A stretch of DNA of 63,742 bases, filler included, from Octopus bimaculoides (GCF_001194135.2; 7 parts of 7 records of this genome joined end to end with filler, not necessarily neighbours in it), one strand, 5' to 3'; counted from the whole stretch's first letter, positions 1 to 12,157 are shown. Program-made: numbers and translations. The notes: generated by a model not told the origin, from the sequence alone.

Positions 1-36
<36 letters not shown>

Positions 37-39
37 GAC

Positions 40-102
<63 letters not shown>

Positions 103-360
103 TACTACTATTATTATTATTAATATATCCATCACCATTCTTTGCTCCGCCACCACCACCAACATCACCTTCATAGCTATGATCACAATATCGTCTCCTT
201 TGCTTAATTCGTCATCATCACAATCATTATTATAATCATCATCATCATCACTGTCTTCATAGCCATCTTCTTTTATACACCATTATCATCATCAACATCA
301 TCGTCATCGTCATCATCATTACCAACCGTCATGAACACCATTATTATCGCTATCATCATA
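1..360. repeat. Compound (TAT)n/(CAT)n microsatellite
   Basis: Direct reading; explains the spurious poly-Ile ORF 35..235. Confidence 0.95.
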
Positions 361-1029
361 CATTCTCGTATATCGTATCTATATATCGTTTTATCCATTC
401 TTCTCTTTTAGTTCTTGTGGTATTCATCTAATTAGAGCGTCGTCCTTACCACTCATGCTACAAACAACAACACAATTTCCTCTGTCAATGTCTATATAAG
501 TCAACACAGATTCTGAAAGTTTTTTAGTTTGTTAGTCCTTCTCATGTTTTGAATGAATTACAATGCTTTTTACTGAACTCAGTGTTTCAGTTATACACAC
601 ACATATATATATACATAAATATATACATACATATATGCATACATATATACATATACATATATATATGCATACATATATACATATATATATATNNNNNNNN
701 NNTGTGTGTGTGTGTGTTATTGAATCAGCTAGTCTGATTTACAATGGCACCGCATTAACAGAATAAATTTGAATTAGACAACAGAAGTAGGTCTATAGTA
801 AAGACTTTATCACTATAACACACAAGGCGTCTGTACGTTGTTGAAAAGTCAGAGGCTGCAGGTTTTCGCCCGGGAAAAATACCTTTATATATATGTGTTG
901 CGTTAAAGGATACAGTTTGCTTCATATCTCAGCAAACTGAAACTGTACGGAAACCACAGTCTAGACTTTATGATACAGTTGCTCCTATGTGAGTGTATGT
1001 GTTGTGAGTGTTAAGTTTCAGTTATAATG

Positions 1030-1242
1030 ATTTCAAATTTTGGCTCAATCCCAGAAAGTTCGGGAGAGGAGAAAGTTGATTACATCGACCCTAGTACTAT
1101 GCTACTGGTATTTATTTCATTGACCCCCCTGAAAGGTTGAAAGGCAGAGTCGACCTCGGCGCAATTTGAACTCAGAACATAAGGACAGATGAAATGCTGA
1201 TATGCATTTTTCCCAGCGTTTCCGATACTGCCATCTCGCCGT
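1030..1242 (-). mobile_element. tRNA-derived SINE family A, diverged copy
   Basis: Matches other copies in the window: B-box GAGTTCAAATT and core GTCGACTTTGCCTTTCATCCTTTCGGGGTCGATAAATTAAGTACCAG (core resembles the MetaSINE central domain, from memory). Confidence 0.8.
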
Positions 1243-1404
1243 TCAGTTTTAATAGTAATATAAAAATAAAAAAAATTTTACATTAATTTGTTGGGTTACT
1301 CTATACCGTTGTAGAGTACAAATTTATTACTCGTATACAAGAATACCGATAGTGATTTCGAAGCTTCAGCCAGCTAAGCCATCGTCTGACTGCAATGCGT
1401 TAAT

Positions 1405-1728
1405 ATTCTTTTCTGTTCTAGGCACAAGGCTCGAAATTTTTGAAGAGGTGGCCAGTCGATTAGATCGACCCCGAAAGGATGAAAGGCAAAGTCGACCTCG
1501 GTGGAATTTGAACTTAGAACGTAACGGCAGACGAAATACCGCTAAGCATTTCGCCCNNNNNNNNNNAGTTCAAATTCCACCGAGGTCGACTTTGCCTTTC
1601 ATCCTTTCGGGGGCCAATAAATTAAGTACCAGTTACGAATTGGGGTCGATGTAATCGACTTAATCCCTTTGTCAGTCCTTGTTTGTCCCCTCTATGTTTA
1701 GCCCCTTGTGGGCAATAAAGAAATAGGT
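1405..1728. mobile_element. Two SINE family A pieces (1405-1557 minus; 1567-1728 plus) separated by a 10-N gap
   Basis: Near-identical to copies at 16305 and 28690. Confidence 0.85.
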
Positions 1729-1861
1729 AACTATATAAAAGCAAGTCTAACTTTAATGCATCGCAGTCCGACAGTGGCTTAGCTGGTCAAAATTTCAAAG
1801 TCACTGTCAACTACTTTATTTTCAAAAAATAATGAATATATTCATGTATGTAAGTGTGTAT

Positions 1862-2400
1862 GTATGTAATTATTCAGTTTATTTCAAGATTTCTTGTCAA
1901 TAGAGAAAGAGCCGGTTTCTAACCTAGATCCAAGGCTCCTTCATTGGAATTTCTGCATCAACAACAAGGTATTTTTGTTTGTATGTATGTATGTATGTAT
2001 GTATGTGCAGATTTGTATGTTTTATGCATGTATTCTCAGGCATATAGTTACGTATCTCGACATGCTCATATGTATTTAAATAATAAACTTCTGGAAAGTT
2101 TTACAGATTTTTACAGTTCCAGTCATGGATTGGATCTGTAGCCTTCGAATTATCTTTCTCCTTTCTGGTTTTGAGAAGACTAATTTCTTAGTGTGTTACA
2201 TATCCCGCGGCCCCAATAGTTACAAGTATAAACCTGAACTTATAATCTGGATAGAGTAGCTGCAGATTTCTCAATAGTTCAGCGTAGGTGTTCTCTTTTC
2301 ACTGATCTTCAGCTTTATGTTAACATCCGCTGGGCAGCTAATTACACAACTGTGCACAGTTTCTCTTCTCTATCCCAGTATGTATGTGTCACATCTAGAA
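1862..2400 (-). mobile_element. R4/Dong-type non-LTR retrotransposon 3' end (restriction-like endonuclease C-terminus plus 3' UTR), frameshifted
   Basis: Minus-strand reading across frameshifts: WDREEKLCTVV..SCPADVNIKLKISEKENTYAELLRNLQLLYPDYKFRFI..IGA; same 3' UTR as copies at 10008, 30883, 38660. Confidence 0.85.
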
Positions 2401-3250
2401 TATCTTGACTCACAGTCACCAAAAACTTTTTCACAGGTTATCGGCGGCCAGAACTTTCATTAAGACTGGATATACTGATAAAATTGCATACATTGCCAAT
2501 AATGTAGTCGTTATTCCGCCTACATTTGATTGGCTGTATCCTCCAGTGTATAGGCGTAATGATATTTTATATCTTAATTACGATAAGAATACAAATCAAT
2601 GTCGCAGTAATACTACTGAATACAGGGTCAGATAAATATCTGACTCAAGTGGGAATTGTGAGGATAATATTCTCCAAGGATATCAATGACGTTATCTGTT
2701 TGGTTTCAGGGTATGAATGATTCCAGTACCCGTGAAATGTTTCTTCGAAACCAATATCCGAATCCTTGAGGTAGGAATGATGTTCTTATAGTTAATACAA
2801 GCTGTAGGGTTAGACATAAGAACACTAAAACTTAGTACCAATATGCCCAGTACCTCTTAAAATATTCATGGAAATCTTAATTTTAAATCGTGTCAAATTC
2901 CTCATCATTATGACAATGAAAGTAAACGTAAATTAAGTTCAACTCGCTGCGACTATCGCAGTGAGTTGAACTTACCATGTCTCCAGAACGAAAGGACCAC
3001 GTGCGCATGCAAGAAATAACAGTAAACTATGAATGTTTTTTTCTTAATTTTAGTTTCAATTTTATTTTATTAATAGCCCTCTTCTCTTCTCACATATTTT
3101 ATACTCATTTTTGATAAGGTTTTTTCAAAAAAAACGAAACATGTAAATGTAAATTAATTAAAACACACAAATTTTTTTTAAAAAGTGGCATTTTCATTTT
3201 TGTTTATCTTTAATATCAACTTACTCGTGTGGTACATTTACAAATCTGTT

Positions 3251-3298
<48 letters not shown>

Positions 3299-4704
3299 AC
3301 CCACCCACCTGCAGTATTTTACCGTGCTTTGGGAAGACATTTTTTTCTTTTCTAAATATTGTCAATTATTCAATAACTATACTGTTAAATTTTCGTACTC
3401 AAGTACATATAATTTAACTGATATTATAGTCGCCATTAATAACAAGAAATTTAGAATATTGAATTACATACGCGATTCTAATTACCCTAATAATTTTTCT
3501 GTTCTAACTCTTCGATTAACAATGCATCTTCCTCTAAAATGAATATTAGTATTGATTCTCTGCTGCCCTCTTCTTTACAATAGATTTAGCAACAATGCCT
3601 CAAATACTTCTTCACTGTCTAGTAAGCTTCGTAGTATGCGCAGCTTTAAAGACTGATGCAATTTCCTTTTGAGTAACCAGCTTGTCTGGACAAACGTATA
3701 TAAATGTTCCGTCCAGACACCCGGTTAGTTATTCTAATATAGTGGGGCAACAGTGTCCAAATTCAAATCAACATTGAGAAATAACATATAGTGTTTCATA
3801 AACATTCCACCTTCTAACGGATAGTGTGTTCTTGGCTACATTATCTTAGTAATTTTTGCTATTTTTACAGTATGGTACAATTTCAAGAGGCTTGGCTTGT
3901 GTTTCTAGTAAGTCAAGCGACCACAGAGATTTTTTTTCATTATTGTTATCATTGTTGTTAATACTACTGTTGTTGCTATTGCTACTTGTTGTGTTATTTT
4001 TTATCCTGTTTTCGACTAATGAGACAGCTTTTTATTTTAAAACGGTAGTTTAGAAAGATTAATTTAGTATAAACTGCTTTAATAATCTAGTTCAAAGTAA
4101 ATATGTTTAATGAGTTGTTACCGGCAATCCTGAACATGCTCCTCCCTCGGGGAGAATAGAATGGAATAAATGAATATTTTTCGACCGGAATCCGTTATGC
4201 TCCTGGTGTAAAAATATTGCATACGATACAGTAGGTCAGCGTTCAAAATTAAAACGACAGCCAACGACTATAACTAAGACACTGGTTACCGCATTCACAT
4301 AACACGGATCACCAGAGATACAAAATGATAGAAATATTGTCACCCTTATCAATAAAGATTATCATTATCAATAACGACTAGCAAGGTTTACAACCAAAAT
4401 ATCGATTTTCGTTATCACCACGACAACAAGCACTGCTATAATGAACACATCAATAGCTTTCTCATTAGTTATTAAGGATTTTATATTTAATTACAAGCCT
4501 CTAAGTAGTTGATTTTATTTTTTTATTATATTCGATCAATGATGGTTAGGGGATCGTTGGTTTTAAGCACATATATCTGCAGAATTGGTAATGAAACTAA
4601 AACAATCCAAGAAAATACAAAAGGTGGCTTGGGTACCCCAAATAAGCGAAACGAATATGTAAATACTTAAAAGTCTCTTCTTAAACGTCATTATTTGAGA
4701 AATC

Positions 4705-5025
4705 TTCATTCTTTCGGGGTCGATAAATTAAGTACTAGTTGCATACAGGGGTCGATCTAATCGACTGGCCCTCTCCCCCAAAATTTCAGGCTTTGTGCCT
4801 ATATCAGAAAGGATTATTAGAGAAATCTCTTGAGAATTGTGAGCTGGCAGAATCGTTATTACGTCGGACAAAATGTTTAGCGGTATTTCGTTCGTCTTAA
4901 CGTTCTGAGTTCAAATTCCACCGAGGTCGACTTTGCCTTTCATCCATGCGGGATTGATAAATTAAGTATTAGTGAAATCCTGGGGTTGATGTGATCGACT
5001 AGTTCCCTCCTTTGCAATTTCGGAC
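4705..5025 (+). mobile_element. Two adjacent SINE family A copies (partial 4705-4815; 4838-5025)
   Basis: Family A core and B-box present. Confidence 0.8.
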
Positions 5026-5354
5026 NNNNNNNNNNNNNNNNNNNNNNNNNNNNNNNNNNNNNNNNNNNNNNNNNNNNNNNNNNNNNNNNNNNNNNNNNNN
5101 NNNNNNNNNNNNNNNNNNNNNNNNNNNNNNNNNNNNNNNNNNNNNNNNNNNNNNNNNNNNNNNNNNNNNNNNNNNNNNNNNNNNNNNNNNNNNNNNNNNN
5201 NNNNNNNNNNNNNNNNNNNNNNNNNNNNNNNNNNNNNNNNNNNNNNNNNNNNNNNNNNNNNNNNNNNNNNNNNNNNNNNNNNNNNNNNNNNNNNNNNNNN
5301 NNNNNNNNNNNNNNNNNNNNNNNNNGAATTTTAGAATTATTACAGATTTTCCTC

Positions 5355-5882
5355 AGTGGTGCACGTGTTGCATGGCTGTATGGTGAAGATGCTGGCTTTG
5401 CAACTTCGTGCTTTTTATTTCAGTCCCACTGTGTGGCACTTTGAGGAAATGTCTTCTACTGTAGCCCCGAACCGACCAGTGCTTTCTGAGTGAAAAACCA
5501 GTCGTTTATGTATGTACGTATGTATGTATGTATGCATGTACGTATGTATGTATGTATGTATGCAGGCAGGCAGGCAGGTAGGCAGGCAGGCAGGCAGGTA
5601 GGTAAGTAGGTAGGTAGGTAGGTAGGTAGGTAGGTAGGTAGGTAGGTAGGTAGGTAGGTGTGTATATATGTATGTGTGTGTCACTGTGTATGTGTTTGTC
5701 CCTTGACAATGGGTGTAGGTTTGTTTACCTACCGTTATCATAGCGGTTCGGCAAAAAGAACCGATAGAATAAGTATCAGCCAAAACAAGGTATTTGGATC
5801 GATTTGTTTTTCGACCACACTTTTCAAGGCAGAGTCCCATTATGGCTGTGGTGCATTGACTGAAACAAAATAAAAAGATAAG
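5355..5882 (+). mobile_element. tRNA-derived SINE family B with central (TATG)/(GCAG)/(GTAG) microsatellite
   Basis: Head ..CAGTCCCACTG(T)GTGGCAC..GTCTTCTACT; tail TAGCGGTTCGGCAAAA..CCGATAGAATAAGTA..GACTGAAACAA, shared with many copies. Confidence 0.75.
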
Positions 5883-5899
5883 CGGTAAAAGTGGTCGCG

Positions 5900-6500
5900 G
5901 TCTCACAGAATCGTTAGCGAATCGGACAAAACGCTTTTGGGCGTTTCTTCCGGCTCTTCACAGTCTGAGTTCCAATACTACCGAGGTCAACTTCACTTTT
6001 CATCCTTACGATGGCGATACGGTAAAGTACCATTCATGTACTAGGGCCGATGCAATCGACTTTCACCTTTCCCTTAAATTGTTAGCTTTGTGCCCAAAGT
6101 AGAATTATTACAGATTTATTTAATGCATTGAGCTTTAAAAAAAATATCTCTGTGTACGTCCTGAGTTCTAATCTCGCTGAGGTCACCTTTGTCTTTTATT
6201 CTCCCGCGGTCGATAAATCAAAGTATCAGTCAGGTTCTGGGACCGATTTAATCGATTTAACCTTCTCCTAGAACTTCATGCCTTGTACCTATATTACAAA
6301 TAATTATATTACCTCAATGGTGGTACAGTGGCAGAATCGTTAAAGCGTTGGAGTATTTGCCCCGGTTCTTAGCACTTAGAGTTCAAACTGTTACCGAGGC
6401 CAACTTTGTCTTTCTCCCTTATGGCATCAACAACATGGAGAATCAGACAAATACCGAGGTCAATATACTCTATTACGGCGCTCTCGCAATTTTCTGCCCT
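5900..6500 (+). mobile_element. Cluster of three degenerate SINE family A copies
   Basis: Recurrent GAGTTC..CCGAGGTCAACTT..CTTT..CATCC..GATCGAC motifs at about 5960, 6160 and 6380. Confidence 0.65.
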
Positions 6501-7025
6501 TGGGATTAGGTTAAAAAGGTGTTATATATCTTGATTTAAGATCCGTGCCAACTAAGAAGGCTGATGGTCAAAGCTATTCCAATCGACACAATCTCACCTA
6601 CATTTCTAATTTTTTCCGTAGTGTATCAAAATTTATATCCTTCATATTTCTAGATAGTATTGTGTGATATGATACAGATTTCGCTGATATTTCTAGCAGA
6701 TAGGGTGGCTATAAAAGAATTCAAAGTGCTCAAAGTCGTTAGGCACAGTGATGCCAATTCTAAGGATTGTGCTCAGGGCACAAATATTATGTGGAATGTC
6801 CAGCCACTTAAAGTACAAAACATTCAGTTCTGGCCGTCATATATTTTTAATTAATTAACTCAACTCTTTTCCAATATACTACTATTTTTATGTACGTATA
6901 TACATTCATACTTTCATAAATATATATATTGAAGAACTGTGGACCTCTGAAGCCCAGGCTATTGCAGTATCTTGTTCTACATCCTTGAATCTTACATTTG
7001 TTTAACAATATACATATACAGACAT

Positions 7026-7087
<62 letters not shown>

Positions 7088-7159
7088 GTGTGTGTATATG
7101 TATATTGTTAAGGTTAGGGTTAGGGTTAGGGTTATGTGTGTGTATATGTATATTGTTAA

Positions 7160-7370
7160 ACAAATGTAAGATTCAAGGATGTAGGACAAGATACTGCAAT
7201 AGCCTGGGCTTCAGAGGTCCACAGTTCTTCAATATCCTCCCGAAGGACCTGGAGGTGGATGTAGGAATCTTCAAAATAAAGCTGGACCACTTCCTCTCAA
7301 GTGTCCAAGATGAACCAACTTCGCAGCAGGAGGTGCAGATGAGGGCAGCTGCATGCACCAAGCGTCAATT

Positions 7371-7372
<2 letters not shown>
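7160..7372 (+). mobile_element. CR1/L2-type LINE ORF2 C-terminal remnant
   Basis: CNSLGFRGPQFFNILPKDL..VGIFKIKLDHFLSSVQDEP matches the 'P.LWN.LP...FK.KLD.FL' ending of CR1/L2-clade ORF2. Confidence 0.75.
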
Positions 7373-7410
<38 letters not shown>

Positions 7411-7789
7411 TGTATATATGGATATAATGACACTTTAAATGTTACGTAAGTGGACGCGTGCGGTTTAGGTGTTGCCCTCATGCCCGTAAGATCGTGCTTT
7501 CGTTTCCGGAACCGGGCGATGTGCTGTGTTCTTGAGTAAAACATTTATTTCACGCTGCTATATTGCAATCAGCGGGCAAAAATTCGTAATCTTAACACGG
7601 ACCGGCGTCTCGTCGAGAGGGAAATGTATACCCATCAAAATCGGGGAAATCGACCTTAAGAACCAATGGTTTGGAAAAGATATCTGATCCTTAAAATATT
7701 ACTTTTATACAATATTTATATACGGCTTTACGTAAGTTAGCTCCCTTTCTAAAGAGCAACTACCTTGTTTATCTCCCTTACATATGCCA

Positions 7790-7915
7790 TTGTTTAACTC
7801 CCTTTGAAAACTAAATACGTTTTGTCGCCGTACTTCACATTTCTGTCTACTTCACTCTCTCTCTCTCTCCCTCTCTCTCTCACTCTATCTCTCTCTCGCT
7901 TTATCTCTCTATCTA

Positions 7916-7998
<83 letters not shown>

Positions 7999-8100
7999 TC
8001 TCTCCCTCTCTATCTCTCGTTTTTTCTCTCTCTTTTCTCTCTCTCGTACACACAATCACATGTATAGATATATAAGTGTGAATGTATTTTCATAAGTATG
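7790..8100 (+). repeat. Dispersed ~250-300 bp repeat with (CT)n/(CTAT)n core; second copy 10355-10572
   Basis: Shared unique flanks CTCCCTTTGAAAA..TACTTCACATTTCTGTCTACTTCACTCT and CTCGTACACACAATCACATGTATAGATAT..CATAAGTATG. Confidence 0.85.
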
Positions 8101-8700
8101 TATGCATGCTGTTATGGATTGGACTACAGATCTGTTTGTCGTGTCTTCGAAGTGGGGCTATGTACACTTCTTCTCTTTCGCCAGCTCCATTTTAGAGACA
8201 ATTTGCCAATTTTCTGCCCGTCCCTCTTTCTTCAAGTCATTTCCCAAGGAATCCGTGGGAGATGGCGATGCCTGGTCAAAACTGGTGGCGTCTGAGTCGC
8301 TGTTGTTAGTTTGCTAAGCAAGGAGTTCGAGAGAAGCTTGGTCTTCCATGGGAGCAAGGGGCAAACGTCTTCGCTGTCTTAGTTTTGGCGTAGATCTCGG
8401 GTGTTCATGCGGTTGTGGTCTTGACGATAAGACAGGGAGTGATTTCTTTAACTGAAGGTAAAAAGCGTTTATATAGAGGTTCTCACACAGATGTAACTCT
8501 TTACTTTTCTGTCTTCCACCACTATTCTTATGCGCTTTATGCCCTCCATGTAAATGAGGTCAAAGATTTTGTTGAAATTTTCTTACTTTGAGCTGCATTT
8601 CCGTCTCCATCCTAATCACAGACCACCTCCTTTTCGGGGTGAGTACATCATAATATTCTTCTAGTATCATCCCGAAATACTGTATACAAGTTGTCGTCGA
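8090..8700 (-). pseudogene. Probable degenerate LINE ORF1 (gag-like) remnant
   Basis: Minus-strand fragments FDLIYMEGIKRIRIVVEDRKVKSYIC (resembles 'RIVVEGR.P.CY.C' before a CCHC knuckle) and ..ENWQIVSK; stops and frameshifts. Confidence 0.5.
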
Positions 8701-9556
8701 CTTACGGCCTATCCGACTTGCGACCGATCAACTTCTGAACCGGCGGCAGTAGCTGTTGTGGCGGTGGTGGCGGCAGCGGCGGCGGTGATGGTGGTAGTGG
8801 TAGTGGTGGTGGTGATGGCGGTGGTGATGGTGGTGGTGGTGTCTTTGTGTTCTTTGTTAGAATTTTATGTTTTTTTTTCCTCTCTGTTATTTGTTTTCAA
8901 TGCTGCTGCTGCTGTTGTTGTCGTCTGATTTAACAGCGACACCTTGCGTTTTGCGTTCTCACTCTCATTACACTCCGTTAATTCTCACCCTTTCTTCCCA
9001 TCTCTCATTNNNNNNNNNNNNNNNNNNNNNNNNNNNNNNNNNNNNNNNNNNNNNNNNNNNNNNNNNNNNNNNNNNNNNNNNNNNNNNNNNNNNNNNNNNN
9101 NNNNNNNNNNNNNNNNNNNNNNNNNNNNNNNNNNNNNNNNNNNNNNNNNNNNNNNNNNNNNNNNNNNNNNNNNNNNNNNNNNNNNNNNNNNNNNNNNNNN
9201 NNNNNNNNNNNNNNNNNNNNNNNNNNNNNNNNNNNNNNNNNNNNNNNNNNNNNNNNNNNNNNNNNNNNNNNNNNNNNNNNNNNNNNNNNNNNNNNNNNNN
9301 NNNNNNNNNNNNNNNNNNNNNNNNNNNNNNNNNNNNNNNNNNNNNNNNNNNNNNNNNNNNNNNNNNNNNNNNNNNNNNNNNNNNNNNNNNNNNNNNNNNN
9401 NNNNNNNNNNNNNNNNNNNNNNNNNNNNNNNNNNNNNNNNNNNNNNNNNNNNNNNNNNNNNNNNNNNNNNNNNNNNNNNNNNNNNNNNNNNNNNNNNNNN
9501 NNNNNNNNNNNNNNNNNNNNNNNNNNAAAAAATGATTAATTATACACGGTATAGGT

Positions 9557-9862
9557 GGAGGCGCAATGGTCCAGCGGTTAGGGCAGCGGACTCGCGGTCA
9601 TAGAATCGCGGTTTCGATTCCCAGACCGGGCGTTGTGAGTGTTTATTGAGCGAAAACACCTAAAGCTACACGAGGCTCCTGCAGGGAGGAGGGGGTGACT
9701 CCTGTTGTACTCCTTCGCCCCAACTTTCTCTCACTCTTTCTTCCTGTTTCTTGAGTATCGCTGCGATGGACTGGCGTCCCGTCCAGCTGGGGAACGCATA
9801 GAAACCGGGAAACCGACCCCATGAGCCTGGCTAGGCTTTGAAAGGGCACATCAATAAATAAA
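9557..9862 (+). mobile_element. tRNA-derived SINE family C, near full length
   Basis: A-box TGGTCCAGCGG, B-box GGTTTCGATTCC; same head at 35625, same tail at 23000-23100. Confidence 0.85.
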
Positions 9863-10007
9863 ATATACGGTATAGAGTGAAAAGGAAGGGAAATATACAT
9901 AGTATTCACAGAAAAAGGTAGGGGAGATGATAGAGATGTAGTCCTTCTGATACCCATCAGCAGCACGGATTAAAACAGCCATACGTCAATGGCTTCCTAG
10001 CAATCTG

Positions 10008-10320
10008 AACAATTGAGAAATCTGCAGTTACGTTATCCAGATTACAAGTTCAGGTTGATACCTGTAATTGTTGGGGCACTGAGATATGTATCACACTACC
10101 TAAATACCAATCTTGAGAAATTAGGCTTCTCAAAACCAGAAAGGAGAAAGCTGATTCGAAGACTACAGATCCAATCCATCACTGTAAAAATCTGTAACAC
10201 TTCCAGAAGTTTATCATTTAGATATATACGAGCATGTCTAGATATGCAACTTATATGCATGTGTATACACACAAAACATACAAATCTGCACATATACATA
10301 CATACACAAGAAATGAATTT
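10008..10320 (+). mobile_element. R4/Dong-type LINE 3' fragment
   Basis: ORF 10013: RNLQLRYPDYKFRLIPVIVGALRYVSHYLNTNLEKLGFSKPERRKLIRRLQIQSIT(GT)VKIC, a typical RLE C-terminus. Confidence 0.85.
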
Positions 10321-10574
10321 TTGCCGCTTTTTTGAAGATCGTTGAAAAATTATGCTACTGTTTACCTCCCTTTGAAAATTCAATACGTTTGTAGCTGTAC
10401 TTCACATTTCTGTCTACTTCACTCTATCTCTCTCTCGCTTTCTCTCTCTATCTATCTATCTATTTTTTCTCTCCCTCACTCTCTCTCTCGTTTTTTCCCC
10501 TCTCTTTTCTCTCTCTCGTACACACAATCACATGTATAGATATTTAAGTGCGAATGCATTTCCATAAGTATGAA

Positions 10575-11180
10575 ATTTAGACAGTGTCACGTGACAACTA
10601 GCTGGGGCTGTCTGCTGGAGCCTAGCAGCAGATATAAAAAGGGGAATTTGACATGACGATCAGTCGGACGCTGACACTCGTTGATGCTGCATCGAAGAGG
10701 CCAGGGAATAGAAGAAAGAAGACATGCACCCAACACCAGAGCTGAAGACACCTCCGAAAGGGGGGCCCCGCCACGTCAAAACGGTAGAGGAGTAGGGGCC
10801 GAAACCGGACGTGGTTCCTCCTGATGATGTCTTCAGCTAACTGGATCCTAATCCACCAAGGGAATGTATGTCGGAAGAAAGTAATTCAACGACGCGGGTT
10901 GATGAACCGTAAGACGTGTGGCCAGAACCTCCTGGAAAATAACCATAGCGAGGGACATTCCACAGTTGAATTAGAACAGTCACAAACAGTGAAAGAAGAC
11001 ATGCACCCAACACCAGAGCTGAAGACACCTCCGAAAGGGGGGCCCCGCCACGTCAAAACGGTAGAGGAGTAGGGGTCGAAACCGGACGTGGTTCCTCCTG
11101 ATGATGTCTTGAGCTAACTGGATCCTATAAAGGAGCTGTTGTGGTAGCAGACCACGAAACATGGTTGAAATTCCTCCTAT
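10575..11180 (+). mobile_element. Penelope-like element 3' end with partially tandem terminal repeats (137-bp direct repeat 10714-10850 / 10991-11127)
   Basis: Direct repeat with 277-bp offset; TATAAAA near 10612; intervening RKKVIQRRGLMNRKTCG resembles a PLE GIY-YIG C-terminus; hammerhead core words in the repeat. Confidence 0.65.
10740..10838 (+). ncRNA. Hammerhead-like structured RNA, copy 1 (copy 2 at 11017-11115)
   Basis: GUA site 10784-86; stem I GAGGAG/UUCCUC in exact register with CUGAUGA 10821-27; stem III ACCG/CGGU in register with GAAA 10801-04. Confidence 0.6.
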
Positions 11181-11368
11181 AAGCATGTCTAGATATGCAA
11201 CTATATTCTTGAGAATACATACATACATCCATACATACATATCATTTTATTTTTTGATCTGATATTTTACAAAATCCTATGGTGATTGATGCGTGGCTAA
11301 AGCGTGATCTCCTCGCAGAAGGAAGAATAAAAGTAAATGAAAACAGACAGACAGACAGACAGACAGAC

Positions 11369-11409
<41 letters not shown>

Positions 11410-12157
11410 CAGACAGCAGACAGACAGATAGACACGCACACACACACACACACATACATACACACACACACATACATTGTGAGAGAGAAACTAAGAGACA
11501 AAGACAGAGGAAGAAACACAGCAGTGAAATTAAGAGATAGTGAATATAATGAAACAAAAGACAACGGAAACAGTCCATTTCCGATACACGATATATAGGA
11601 AAATTCCTAGCAAACCTACTCCTACTGTGTATGAACCTGCAACCAGGAAAACGAACCTCTTAACACACAACCATGTATCAATAGAGTAATGTAATATTTA
11701 GGTCAGCATTACCTTTTCGAGCGGTGATCAAACAAATCAGCGGATAATATAATCTTATATTTATACTTGTTCAACTTCAAAGCTGAAAATATATAATACC
11801 CTCCGAAAATTAATTTTATATTAGCTCACGATAATACATTGAATGTAAGGGATATAACTCTTATCACATTAAAAGGAGAGTAAACTCCCTTTGTATGTCT
11901 TTGATTTCTTTCATAAAACTCGTGTCTTTTTCTGTGACAACTTACGATTAAGTGTATCAAGAATTTAAAACGATTGCAGTTGAAAGGTAAATTAAAAACT
12001 TGGCTTTGTACCATATTTATATATAAAATACAACAATTAGCCGTCATTTTTGACGGTACGGGGTCAGCTAATAAAATATGTTCTATGGCGGAGCTAATGT
12101 AACGCTTTTAATAAAAAGTTATATACGTTTCATGAGGTCGTCTTTTACTTTTTTAGG

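Noticed and set aside
3584-3672. Acceptor-like AG followed by a signal-peptide-like MPQILLHCLVSFVVCAALKTDAISF*
   Set aside because: Only 25 codons, no downstream donor or recognisable homology.
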